From the IMG/VR virus record IMGVR_UViG_3300010965_000004, positions 44,708-108,707 of that record: a DNA stretch of 64,000 nt; one strand, given 5' to 3'. The position numbers were made by a program, and so were the translations under genes. Source of the DNA: a virus. Lineage: Duplodnaviria; Heunggongvirae; Uroviricota; Caudoviricetes. Under the pieces are notes generated by a model, which was not told where the DNA came from, did not search any database, and saw nothing but the letters and a program-made list of their open reading frames with translations. Shown here one piece after another: positions 1-9,935 of the stretch (its first letter is position 1; each line of letters starts with the position of its first letter).

Positions 1-445
1 TGATTAGGAGCAAAGTCTGTTATGTAGTTGGGAGTTCCTTTAACATGATAACACCCCATGCAGGCGCTTAGCCCATGAGCTACGTATCCTTGAATTACAT
101 TTGTTTTTGCAACATAGTCAGTGCTATTAAGAATATTTTGTATTGGGTTGGAATTATTATATCCTTTACCAACCAAAGTACTTCTCCTAGGATCAACAGG
201 AGATAAATGTGAGGAATCAATAACCCCGCTGGATTTTCTATGTAGTAATTTCCAACCACTTTCCATTCCCCAAATAGCCATTGCTACATAAAGAATATCA
301 GGAGCAGTCTTTAATAAAGGGAAGTATTGGTCGATGCTTTTCTTCGTAATGTCAGCAAGAGTTATCATATAGCTATTATCACTAGCTGGTTTACTCTGTT
401 TTACATTTTTAGAGTTGTTAGCAAGTTTAGCAGTGCTATCCGCCA
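1..445 (-). CDS. hypothetical protein, partial (3' part runs off window start)
   Basis: minus-strand reading frame open to position 1, ATG at 443-445; no recognisable motif. Confidence 0.35.
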
Positions 446-2269
446 TTAGTATCGCCCTTTTCCACCTTCACCAAACTCATTACCAATCATGTAAGGAGCT
501 ATAGGATCCGTTCCATGTACCGAAGATTTCTGTCCAAGAGCAGCAGCTTCTTGAATTGTATGGTGTAACCTATTGAAAGATAACTTGGAAACCCAGTTCT
601 TATCTAGCATCTTCAAACTTTGCAAGCCAGGAACTAGAGCCTGAATCTTGAGCCCCGAGTTACTAATTGCTACTTGCTTAATATCCTTAGCTGCCAAATC
701 ATCCAAATGGTTCTTAGTTAGCAAGGTCCCAGGGGTAAGGTCTAATAGATTTTCCGCTAGGGTTTCATTCTCAGCTTTTTCTAAAGGAACTACTTTAGAG
801 TGTTCTCTTAAGTAATGAGCAATAACTCCTACATCTACCTTATCCCCTGGTAAGAATCCACTCTCGCCGGGATCTACAATTTCATTGTACTTTATCATGT
901 TTCTAGCAATAATATCAAAGTGACGTGGGTCTAATTGAGCATTACGAGAATAAATCTCCCTCATCTTGTTAGCTAGATAAATTCTACCTGCGCCAGCTCC
1001 TTTAAGATCAACCAATTCCCTAGGGTTAGCTGTACCAGTAGATAACATATCTCCGACTCTAACCGTATCCCCTACTGCTACAGTAGGCTCCTGGAAATTA
1101 GGGATGAAGTGATTGTGACCATCAACGTCTACTTCCCAGTCTTTCAGAGAGGTTTGAGTTAAAGATCTTACCTGCCCATTTTTCTTTGATATAGTAGCTT
1201 CGTCTTGGAAGTTTTCTGGGTTGGATAAAAGGTTATTAGCTTCTTCATAAGGATTGCGTTGTTTACCAGCAACTCCACCTTGGTGTTTTGTTCCCAACAT
1301 TGCCTGGGTTAAAACTTCAGAAACTGACTGAGCTGCAATAACTCCAACGTTCTGTCCAATGAACGGAAATTCTCCATTAGCGGCTAACCCATAACACTTC
1401 TGGCAAATACCTTCCTTGGCTTTGCAAGTCATAGGACTACGAGCCACTATGAATTTCTTTCCGTCTGCTCTTTCTTGTTTAAAATAAGCTTCATCAATAG
1501 TTTTACCAGTTGAGACCTCTACTCTACCAACGCAAGATAACTTGTCTGTGATAGGGATAGGAATACCTGTCTTAGAACCACAGTCAGGTTCTGTGATGAT
1601 TTCATGGAAGACGGTAGGGGTTAGTTTTTTAAACAGCGCACCAGGCTTCTCTGTTGATAACTGGGACATAACAGTAGAAGCTCTACCCCCATAAGAAGTG
1701 GCTAAGTGTTCTGCATTAGATAAGCCCTCAGCATAAGAATGGCGAATCATAAGGGGAATAGGAATACCTTTTACATCAGCGGCCATCAAAGGAGATGCTG
1801 TTCCTTGTTGAAGCTGAGCCGGATTACCACGAGCTCCAGTTTTTGACATTCTAGCGGCGGTTGACCCCCTTGAGACCATATACGCTAAATTCTCTTTTGA
1901 TAATCGTCCTGAATAAATCCTAGCCAACTCGTTAAGTTGTTTAGCCTGTTCCATCTTAGGAAGACCTTTTTTAAGAATCTCTGTAAGTTTAATTTCAAAT
2001 TCAGAAAATAATACCTGTCTTTCATCAGAATCATTTAAATAATCGGATAGTGGGGTTGTTGCTCCTATTTCAGTAGCTTTATTAAAGAACAATTTACCTA
2101 ATGAATTGATAATTTCGGGGCCTTTATCCCCGCCATGTTCAATCAAGATATTAACTAATTCTGACATACCTTTTTTGTCTATAGGATTGTATAAATCAAA
2201 TTTATCCTGGGAAGCTTTGTTAGGTAACATGCCTTTGATAAGCAGTGCTCCTGGCGTGGTAATTGTCAT
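446..2269 (-). CDS. rpoC: RNA polymerase beta' subunit, C-terminal module (trigger-loop region)
   Basis: 607 aa; motif IAAQSVSEVLTQAMLGTKHQGG resembles beta' G/trigger-loop AAQSIGEPGTQLTMRTFHxGG; lacks DxDGD so is the C-terminal half. Confidence 0.7.
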   Translation of the reverse strand: MTITTPGALLIKGMLPNKASQDKFDLYNPIDKKGMSELVNILIEHGGDKGPEIINSLGKLFFNKATEIGATTPLSDYLNDSDERQVLFSEFEIKLTEILKKGLPKMEQAKQLNELARIYSGRLSKENLAYMVSRGSTAARMSKTGARGNPAQLQQGTASPLMAADVKGIPIPLMIRHSYAEGLSNAEHLATSYGGRASTVMSQLSTEKPGALFKKLTPTVFHEIITEPDCGSKTGIPIPITDKLSCVGRVEVSTGKTIDEAYFKQERADGKKFIVARSPMTCKAKEGICQKCYGLAANGEFPFIGQNVGVIAAQSVSEVLTQAMLGTKHQGGVAGKQRNPYEEANNLLSNPENFQDEATISKKNGQVRSLTQTSLKDWEVDVDGHNHFIPNFQEPTVAVGDTVRVGDMLSTGTANPRELVDLKGAGAGRIYLANKMREIYSRNAQLDPRHFDIIARNMIKYNEIVDPGESGFLPGDKVDVGVIAHYLREHSKVVPLEKAENETLAENLLDLTPGTLLTKNHLDDLAAKDIKQVAISNSGLKIQALVPGLQSLKMLDKNWVSKLSFNRLHHTIQEAAALGQKSSVHGTDPIAPYMIGNEFGEGGKGRY

Positions 2270-2290
2270 ATGAGATTCCTGTGTTGTATT

Positions 2291-2312
2291 TTGGTATAAG
2301 TATTTTAGAAGA
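2291..2312 (+). promoter_or_regulatory. conserved phage promoter (TGGTATAAG extended -10 + TAGAAG)
   Basis: TGGTATAAG at 2291-2299, 45 nt upstream of ATG 2344; RBS TAGGAGCCAA. Confidence 0.5.
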
Positions 2313-2343
2313 TTAACCTTAGATAGTCAACTTAGGAGCCAAA

Positions 2344-2949
2344 ATGAGTAAACACCGTGGGTATATCCAATTAGCAGATCCTATACCCGTAGAACCCATT
2401 GTTGAAGCAATGAAACGAGGGGAGGAATTCTTTCATGTTAAAGGTATTGGGGATGTTAGTATTTCCTCAACCAGACTAATGACCTATACAAAGGGAACAA
2501 CCTGTGTTACTTGCGGGATTCAAGCAAGTTTCTTTATTTTTGAAAAACAGAAAAAAATGGGTGGGAGAGGCCATTTAAATTTATATGTTGATCGGGGTAA
2601 AGATGGATTAACGATGATGACCTCAGACCATATTATAGCAAAGTCTAGGGGGGGAGCTAGAAATGGTCTTGAAAATCGTCAACCTATGTGTTGTACCTGT
2701 AACCAAAAAAAGGGCAATTTGTTACCCGGAGAGGTTGCTCCTCCTAAAAAACTAAGAAACAAAAAAAATCCTTTTGGAATAAAGGTTTGTTTAAAAAAGT
2801 TTTTGGAATTACCTATACATTTTAAAAGGGGTATGCCTTTAGAAACATTTTATAAACAACGGGCTCTAAGGTTATACAATCTTCTAAAGTTAGAACACTT
2901 GCTTTCCGAAGAAGAAAGATTTGTCTTTCGTAATTCCGGTTTGGTGTAA
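2344..2949 (+). CDS. HNH endonuclease
   Basis: 201 aa; ...SDHIIAKSRGGARNGLENRQPMCCTCNQKKG HNH-type motif; own promoter; sits between the two beta' ORFs. Confidence 0.65.
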   Translation: MSKHRGYIQLADPIPVEPIVEAMKRGEEFFHVKGIGDVSISSTRLMTYTKGTTCVTCGIQASFFIFEKQKKMGGRGHLNLYVDRGKDGLTMMTSDHIIAKSRGGARNGLENRQPMCCTCNQKKGNLLPGEVAPPKKLRNKKNPFGIKVCLKKFLELPIHFKRGMPLETFYKQRALRLYNLLKLEHLLSEEERFVFRNSGLV

Positions 2950-2951
2950 GA

Positions 2952-2981
2952 AAAAGCCCGGTTTGAATCCGGGCTTTTTTA
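2952..2981. terminator. bidirectional rho-independent terminator
   Basis: AAAGCCCGG-N8-CCGGGCTTTTTT hairpin with T-run, between convergent genes. Confidence 0.6.
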
Positions 2982-3560
2982 ACTAGGCATATCTGGCCAA
3001 GTTCTATTACTTTTTCTAACATTATCTGGTTTTGGTAATAATTGCAAGTTAGCTTCGCAATGTAGTCCACAAACTATTTCAGATTTCAATGGAACTATAT
3101 GATCTACTTGAATTTCTATACCTTGTTTCTCTGATTCTATTTTTGCTAATTTATAAAAACTATTAATTTTATCTTGATTGGCCCACGATGGAGTAGCTTG
3201 TTTTTGGCTGGCTCGATATTTTGCTCTCCTAGCATTATTTAATTCTGGAAATTTTTGCTGATAAAGTTGCTTACGTTCTTTTTGATAAGGAAGGGTTTCA
3301 TAGTAATGTTCTTTACCTCTAGCCTTTTTTCTAGCAGTTCGTTTTTCTAAAACATGTTTAGGAGGATTCTCTAAGTACTTTCTGTTATTCTCTAATTCAT
3401 GTTGTCTATTAGCCTCGTAATGGGCTTTTCTATAAATCTTTTGACAGGATATACAAGTGTACTTAAAACCTTTGGTAAAAGGTCTATTATCTTTATTAAA
3501 ATTTTCTGAGGTTAAATCAAAATCTTTTTTACAATGGTTACACTTTCTCTTTTCTATCAT
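2979..3560 (-). CDS. HNH homing endonuclease
   Basis: 193 aa; C-terminal HIVPLKSEIVCGLHCEANLQLLP HNH motif, N-terminal CxxC zinc ribbon; paralog of 9932..10522; overlaps end of beta'N ORF. Confidence 0.65.
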   Translation of the reverse strand: MIEKRKCNHCKKDFDLTSENFNKDNRPFTKGFKYTCISCQKIYRKAHYEANRQHELENNRKYLENPPKHVLEKRTARKKARGKEHYYETLPYQKERKQLYQQKFPELNNARRAKYRASQKQATPSWANQDKINSFYKLAKIESEKQGIEIQVDHIVPLKSEIVCGLHCEANLQLLPKPDNVRKSNRTWPDMPS

Positions 3561-4695
3561 TTTCTTCTATTTCCACTGGAGTATTTTCTTTAATTGTACC
3601 AGCTTTTAAGGCATTGAGGCAATCTTGTTCAGTTTTAAATTTAACTATTTCTTGCTTATTATCATGTTCAGTCATAAACATTGACCCTAAGACAGCCTCG
3701 TGGCTTGGCATTATCATAGATTGGCCTAAACCACGTCTATAGTCATGGATTTGGTGCATAGGCAATAACTTGTTCTTAGCTTCCTGAACGGCTTCTGGAG
3801 TCATAGGAGTATGCAAGGTTAGCGCATCCCCGTCATAGTCCCCAGCAAACAGAGGCAAGTGCATTGGATTCAATCCCAATGTGCTACCATTGATAGGAAC
3901 AGGATAAACAGCCGTGATATTAGACTTCATTAGAGTCGGGGCTCTATTAATAATCAAAGGAATGTTTTTTATAACCTTGTTAAAACTATGCGTTGCAGCT
4001 GGAGTTCTTTCTGTCCAGGCTTTTTCAGAGTTAACGTAGTCATAGCCTTGTTTAGCCAAGTCACGCAGAATATGGAACTTGTACATCGTCCAAAGCATGT
4101 CTCTAGGAACAGCAGCTTCGTTAAATCCTAAGTTAGGTTCAGCGTAAATCGTCGCACGTCCAGAGAAGTCTTGTTTCTTAGAAAGAACCTTATTATGGAA
4201 CAGGCCAGTCTTAGGCCCGCCAGTTCCGGCGACTTGACGGAGAAGTCCTTTAACCCCTCTACCTTTGGCATTGGGAGAAATAGCTTCACCAAGTCCTACA
4301 ATTGCTTTAATACCGTTGTAAGCATCTGCTCGCTCTTTAACCAATTCGTCTGGATTCAAATGATCTATAACTTCTTTCAAGGAATTGTTAACGGTCATGT
4401 GATCTTTATACAGCTGGTTAATATCAGCAAACTCAATACGGTTCCCCCCCATTATAGTAGCTGGACGAACCTGTGGAGGAACCACCGGAAGATACTTAAG
4501 AATGTATGCTTCCTTAGCACTCAGTCCAGTATTTTTTAACCCGTTGAGGAACTTGATTCGTTTAACCAAGTCATCTTTCTTGGAGACAGACTTGACCGTT
4601 TTGATTTCTTCAATCAAAGCTGGCATCTTGGTTTCTGGTTTAACGTGAGAGAGCATTGCCGAAAAAGCATGGCCTCCAACTAATAGTTCTGACAT
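3538..4695 (-). CDS. rpoC: RNA polymerase beta' subunit, N-terminal catalytic module
   Basis: 385 aa; PLFAGDYDGDALTLH matches the beta' Mg-binding NADFDGDQM motif. Confidence 0.7.
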   Translation of the reverse strand: MSELLVGGHAFSAMLSHVKPETKMPALIEEIKTVKSVSKKDDLVKRIKFLNGLKNTGLSAKEAYILKYLPVVPPQVRPATIMGGNRIEFADINQLYKDHMTVNNSLKEVIDHLNPDELVKERADAYNGIKAIVGLGEAISPNAKGRGVKGLLRQVAGTGGPKTGLFHNKVLSKKQDFSGRATIYAEPNLGFNEAAVPRDMLWTMYKFHILRDLAKQGYDYVNSEKAWTERTPAATHSFNKVIKNIPLIINRAPTLMKSNITAVYPVPINGSTLGLNPMHLPLFAGDYDGDALTLHTPMTPEAVQEAKNKLLPMHQIHDYRRGLGQSMIMPSHEAVLGSMFMTEHDNKQEIVKFKTEQDCLNALKAGTIKENTPVEIEENDRKEKV

Positions 4696-6600
4696 TTAAA
4701 ATCCTAAGATTGTATCTAAATAAAGACCTAGTCCTGCTAACTTATTAAATCCTTGTGGATGAGCTTTAAACTCCCTAAAGGCGGCATTCACTTTAGCCAT
4801 AGTTTCAGGGTTTCCTCCCCTATCAGGATGATGTTTCATAGCCATTTTCTTATAATGCTTAGAAGCTTCTGCTTTAGTTTTAAATCCTCCAACAGGAGCC
4901 CCTAAATCTTTATAAATAGTCCCCATATCTTTAGGACCATTGGGATTTCCAAAACCCCTGGATCTTTGTTCATTATAATATTTGAAGAAGTCATTAAATT
5001 GAGGACCGGAACTAGAACCAGAAGCGGAGGCTTTATTCCTTGCCCTATTAATAGTCTGGTCAAAGTTTCTAGAGTATCTAGACCCAGGTTGCAATATCTT
5101 CTTCATGGTCTTTACCTTTGATAAATCCCTAGCTGTATTACCTCCTAGAAATGCACCTGCTACAGCGCCAGCAGCCGTTCCCCAAAGTTTTTCTTCTCGG
5201 GTAGTATCTCGTTCTACTGTTTTGAAATCTTTTTGTTCTGTTACTTTGCCCTGAGATAAAGCTGCTCCAGTAGCTCCTCCTGTTAACCCACCGATAATTC
5301 TACCGGCCAATACGGATTTGTTACCCATTCTTCTAGTTAAAGTATCTATTGCTTTTCTAGGATCTGCATAAACAGCTTTCTTTTCTATTGGAGTATCTTT
5401 ACCTTTCATTAAATGCAAGGCTAACGCTGAAGCTGCAACCCCGCTACCGTAAGATAACATATTTTTTGCTGCTACTCCTGTTAGGAATTTTTTCTTCATC
5501 GCGGAAGTACCATGTTGCTTAAGCATTTTGTACCCATGATAATTAGCAGCAGCTTCCCCTCTTAACATTGGGGCAGCAGTTATAATAGGAGCTGTCCAGG
5601 CATAGTCCTTTGTCTTATCATTTTGTAGCATTAAACCACCAGCCATCGCACCTAACCCCATTTTATGAGCTCTAGAGGATAGTCTATAACTTGTTTGTTT
5701 TAAAGAATTAACGAATTTTGATTTACCCTCAAAGTCTTTAGCATGGCCTAACTCATGCAAGGCTATATCTAAATTTCCTACCTTTTTACCAGTGAAGGGA
5801 CTCTTCATATTAATATAGTTCTTCTTCATAGGATTGTTAAAATGGTTACCTGCTTGTTCTTTCCACTCTTTAACCCCAGGTATATAATCTATAATGGACT
5901 TACTTGAAGTAAACTTTTTAAGGGAAGCTCTTACTTTATCATTAGCATATGCAGGACCTGACTTTGATAATATTTCATCAAATGCTTTAGCAGCGCCCCT
6001 ATTTCCACCAAAAGCTTTAGTAGATGAAAAAGTAGTATTTAAACCTTTGTTATCTTTAAGTATCTTTTTCCAAGTAGACTTATCAGTTCCTGGCTTCGAA
6101 TTCAAAGACGTTAAAACGGGTATAGCCCCTAGATTACTAGCAACAGCTCCTACCCCAACAGCACCAGCACCTTTTAAAGCACCAGCTACATAATCAGGTT
6201 TTTCTTTTTTCTCAGCAATCTTTTCCAAGTACTTATTCACATTAGCCTTTTTTTGCATATGATCCATCAAAGCATATCCCGCTGCTCCGCCTCCAGCAGC
6301 TCCAGCGGCTCCTCCTAAGATCTTTCCTGCTCGATAATGAGTTTGCAAACTTTTAACAGCATTTCGTAAGGCTTCTGTAGATCCTTCGGCATGAAAGTCA
6401 TTACCTTTAAGACTAGCAAAAGAAAGCCCTTTACCTACATTTTTAAACTGTTTGCGGGCTCCAATCCTCATTCCTATTCTACCACCTTTATTTCTTAAGG
6501 CCAACGCTCCTAAAGAGCCAAGCCCAATTCCTGCAACTACTTTAGGAAGAAAATCTTGACTTTCTTTCTCAGCAATCTTCTCTAGGTACTTATTCATCAA
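4696..6600 (-). CDS. J-domain protein with HExxH (zincin-like) motif and Gly-rich repeats
   Basis: 634 aa; C-terminal KHYKKMAMKHHPDRGGNPETMAKVNAAFRE = DnaJ J-domain with HPD; internal ALHELGHAKDF; duplicated N-terminal NKYLEKIAEK segments. Confidence 0.5.
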   Translation of the reverse strand: MMNKYLEKIAEKESQDFLPKVVAGIGLGSLGALALRNKGGRIGMRIGARKQFKNVGKGLSFASLKGNDFHAEGSTEALRNAVKSLQTHYRAGKILGGAAGAAGGGAAGYALMDHMQKKANVNKYLEKIAEKKEKPDYVAGALKGAGAVGVGAVASNLGAIPVLTSLNSKPGTDKSTWKKILKDNKGLNTTFSSTKAFGGNRGAAKAFDEILSKSGPAYANDKVRASLKKFTSSKSIIDYIPGVKEWKEQAGNHFNNPMKKNYINMKSPFTGKKVGNLDIALHELGHAKDFEGKSKFVNSLKQTSYRLSSRAHKMGLGAMAGGLMLQNDKTKDYAWTAPIITAAPMLRGEAAANYHGYKMLKQHGTSAMKKKFLTGVAAKNMLSYGSGVAASALALHLMKGKDTPIEKKAVYADPRKAIDTLTRRMGNKSVLAGRIIGGLTGGATGAALSQGKVTEQKDFKTVERDTTREEKLWGTAAGAVAGAFLGGNTARDLSKVKTMKKILQPGSRYSRNFDQTINRARNKASASGSSSGPQFNDFFKYYNEQRSRGFGNPNGPKDMGTIYKDLGAPVGGFKTKAEASKHYKKMAMKHHPDRGGNPETMAKVNAAFREFKAHPQGFNKLAGLGLYLDTILGF

Positions 6601-9600
6601 ATCCTCACAGTTCTAACAGTCTTTTCATTTGAAGTATCTACTATTTCAAAAGTACCTTCGCCTAGATCCTTGACTCCGTATTTACCGCTGGTTATGTTAT
6701 CAAACTCAACGGTACTAAGACCAAGAACACTCTTCACAGGATTTTCGAAAACTGGGTTTACAACAGGTTCAGCTAACTTATAATGACTCCACTTATCACC
6801 ACGTAAGCCCCCTGTTATAACCTGGTCAAATAACCCACCATCTTCTGGCTCAAGGTTTTTAGCATTAAGCATTGAAGGTTCTTTTAGTTCCCCGTTGCTT
6901 TGATCAAGAATATCATGATCGGTTAAAGGTATGGCTGTAATGTTGTCTCTATCAATTTTAACATTAACCCCTGAACCTCTCAGGTAATCAAGAAACTTTT
7001 TCGTAGCAAAAGTAGTTTTGGGTTTAGGTAAAGGTTCCCCTCTAATAAACTTAGACCAGTACTCGTCATTCTGCTCGGATTTAACGGTACCAATCTCTTT
7101 TAGATTCTTACGGGCATCGGAACCAAGAAGTCCCAACATTTCCATATATCCAACAGATTTGGAACCTTCTTCACCGCCTTTGGTTGGCTGCATAACATTA
7201 TCGTAGCCCCCAACGTTTCTAGCTGAGTAGTTCTGGTCTGTAGTCTTGTATAGTTTGATAATATACTGTGGCCCATTAAAAATCTGGCCGAATGAATGGC
7301 CGGTCTTAGGGTCAACAAGTTCATTAGTATCGCTTAGACCATGCTTAGCTAACTCATCCTTCAAATTCTGAATGTTATTTCCAGACTCGAAGTTCTTCAC
7401 CTCATAGACCTTGCCAGTTTTCTGTGCAATCTTACCAGCGACAGTTTCCATGATCTGTCCAAGGTTGATACGAGAAGTAACAGAGGCAGGATTAAGAACC
7501 AAGTCAACAGCCTTGCCAGTTTCCTTGTTGGTAGGCATTTCATGATCTTCAAGGATCAAGGAAACAATACCCTTGTTACCGTGAAGGCCAGTTAGCTTAT
7601 CTCCAACTTCCAGGGCCTTTACACTTCTAAGAAGAATTCTGACTGACTTGCTTTCTGTGTGAGAATCAACAACTTCTCCATTCTCTTCGTGATTCCAAGG
7701 CTCAATAATAAGACGATAAGGATTAACTAGGCTCTTATGTAAACGACCAAGCAATCTATCTTCGGGAGTAGGTTCACGCTTTTCAAGAATAGCAACAACC
7801 GGATCATTATAATTCATGATCATTCCAACTTTGGCGTACCCCTGGTCATCAAGTTTTTCTAATTGATCAGGTGTAAACTTACCAGGAAAGTATCTCTTTA
7901 AAAGAGACTTACGGGCAACTGTGTTTGGGTTAACTTCATAGTCAATCTTATAGGCATGGTGAGAACTTAAGCTATCGGCAGCAGTTCTGGAGATAACGAT
8001 TCCGTCTTCATGGTTGTAGCCTTTATAAGGCATATAGGCCGCAGTAAGGTTTTTGCCTAAGGCTAGACTTCCCCCCTTAGTGTAGTTGTTCTCAAAAAGA
8101 GGTTGATTTTCATGAACTTTATCCCCAACTTTAACTAAAGGAATTTCATCATCATGAAACCCTTTCATGTTAAAGGGTAGATTCTTTACCGCTACCACTT
8201 TATGGATAACTCCGCTATCTCCTTGAATTTGAATTTCTTTGTTACTCACTTTCAGAACAACTCCATTTTCAGGAGAAGCAGTGGCCAATACTTCATTTAA
8301 CTTTTTAACGAAAGGTCGCCCTTTACTATCCAAAGTCTGAACCAAAGGGGCTTCTCTTTCAACTAAGGAAAGCGCTTGCGGAATAGCCTTACCAGCCATA
8401 GTTAAACGGCCAGGGTGATTTGAATTAAGGAAAGGAACTAGATTAGTTGTAACTGTATATAGATCGGTAGCATCATTTAGCCAGTAATCTACTTTGGCCT
8501 TGGGAACACGTTTCATTTCTCCATGATCTTGCGCTTCAATCATACCAGTTTTGTTCTTCTGGTCAGGAAAGCCAATACAAGAATTCATTACTTCAGTTAC
8601 AGAGATGTGTTTAACTTTGCCAGCTTTATCAATAACCTTAGCATATAAGTGACCCTCTTCGTCTCTAGCCGAAGAAATAGTAAAACGCTGATCGATACCT
8701 GCATGTCCTGACTCAGGGGTTCTAGAAGGGTCAAGGATTCCTAAATGGGAAGGGTCAATATTACGTGCAGCCATAGGCACACCACGTTCATCCCCAATAC
8801 CGCCTTCAGCTGGTCCTAAGATTGTACACTTACCTACATTTTCCAGACTTTCGATAGGATTTGTTTCAGATGGGGTTGAGATAAGTGAACTAGCTTGTAT
8901 ATATGCAGAGTAAACTTTATTAAAGGGTTTGGATGGAACTGCATCGGTAATTCTTGGTTTGTTTTGGTCAATCTTTTCCAGACCAAAAGTTAGCTTGTTC
9001 TTAACTCTACGAACCGTTTCGTGTTCCTTGGCAAAACGAGTACGAAGGAAGTCAGGTAGATTCTGAACTCTCTTAAACTGTAAGGAGTCACGATTGTCTT
9101 CCTGTCTTTCACCTTTGTGTACTTGAACCAAATTACGAAGGGTGTAAAGAATAGCTTCTTTAGTAACACCTGTAAAGGATTTTCCTAAAGTAGCTTGTGT
9201 GGTTTCTGCGCTTAGCTGAGACTGTTCAAGGGAAGTACGAAGTTCGGACGACATAAGTTCTAGACTTGGGTTTTCATTTTTGCTGTAAACCATTCTAGAA
9301 TATAGATTGCGAACTGTCTTTTCTTCCTTACCTGCTGTATAAGCGATGTTGGCATCCCAAACATCAGCTGGAATGTACTTCTCAGCTTCAGACTTTGTTA
9401 CTCCAAAGACATGAGTTAATAGTGGTCCTACAGGAGTGTGAGAGCTACCAACCTCTAGGAAGAAAACTTTGGTTTTTGGGTCCAGTACAATACGGAAGCT
9501 TGCACCTTTGGCTGTATTAAAGTGAGCTTCGAGTTCATTTGTATTTTCTCGTAAACGGGTATAAACCCCAGGTAATAGTTGTAGTTGATTTGAGACATTA

Positions 9601-9935
9601 TAATTATTTCCCTTCAAAAGTAAAGTATGCTTCGTGGTAAGGTAAAAGGAGTCCATGAGAGGAAAATCTTTAACATGGTCTACCACCTTACCAGTAGTTT
9701 TAGAGATGAGGGTCAAGTCTCCTTTAATAGGATAGGTTAATGACTTCGATTTAAGAATAGCTTCTTTTTCGTCAATATGAGTAAAAGGTTTAGGGTGAGC
9801 TTTAATGTTGTCTATAGATAATGTATAAAATTTTCCTTCTATTGGGAATGATTTGGCCAAACTTTCCACCAAAGCTTTATCCGCTCTTTCGTTAATAGCC
9901 TTGGGAGACGAATAAATAGGGGTTAATTTTGTCAT
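6597..9935 (-). CDS. rpoB: RNA polymerase beta subunit
   Basis: 1112 aa; LHGNKGIVS...VDLVLNPASVTSRINLGQIMET matches beta RHGNKGVIS...[21 protein letters not shown]. Confidence 0.8.
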   Translation of the reverse strand: MTKLTPIYSSPKAINERADKALVESLAKSFPIEGKFYTLSIDNIKAHPKPFTHIDEKEAILKSKSLTYPIKGDLTLISKTTGKVVDHVKDFPLMDSFYLTTKHTLLLKGNNYNVSNQLQLLPGVYTRLRENTNELEAHFNTAKGASFRIVLDPKTKVFFLEVGSSHTPVGPLLTHVFGVTKSEAEKYIPADVWDANIAYTAGKEEKTVRNLYSRMVYSKNENPSLELMSSELRTSLEQSQLSAETTQATLGKSFTGVTKEAILYTLRNLVQVHKGERQEDNRDSLQFKRVQNLPDFLRTRFAKEHETVRRVKNKLTFGLEKIDQNKPRITDAVPSKPFNKVYSAYIQASSLISTPSETNPIESLENVGKCTILGPAEGGIGDERGVPMAARNIDPSHLGILDPSRTPESGHAGIDQRFTISSARDEEGHLYAKVIDKAGKVKHISVTEVMNSCIGFPDQKNKTGMIEAQDHGEMKRVPKAKVDYWLNDATDLYTVTTNLVPFLNSNHPGRLTMAGKAIPQALSLVEREAPLVQTLDSKGRPFVKKLNEVLATASPENGVVLKVSNKEIQIQGDSGVIHKVVAVKNLPFNMKGFHDDEIPLVKVGDKVHENQPLFENNYTKGGSLALGKNLTAAYMPYKGYNHEDGIVISRTAADSLSSHHAYKIDYEVNPNTVARKSLLKRYFPGKFTPDQLEKLDDQGYAKVGMIMNYNDPVVAILEKREPTPEDRLLGRLHKSLVNPYRLIIEPWNHEENGEVVDSHTESKSVRILLRSVKALEVGDKLTGLHGNKGIVSLILEDHEMPTNKETGKAVDLVLNPASVTSRINLGQIMETVAGKIAQKTGKVYEVKNFESGNNIQNLKDELAKHGLSDTNELVDPKTGHSFGQIFNGPQYIIKLYKTTDQNYSARNVGGYDNVMQPTKGGEEGSKSVGYMEMLGLLGSDARKNLKEIGTVKSEQNDEYWSKFIRGEPLPKPKTTFATKKFLDYLRGSGVNVKIDRDNITAIPLTDHDILDQSNGELKEPSMLNAKNLEPEDGGLFDQVITGGLRGDKWSHYKLAEPVVNPVFENPVKSVLGLSTVEFDNITSGKYGVKDLGEGTFEIVDTSNEKTVRTVRI

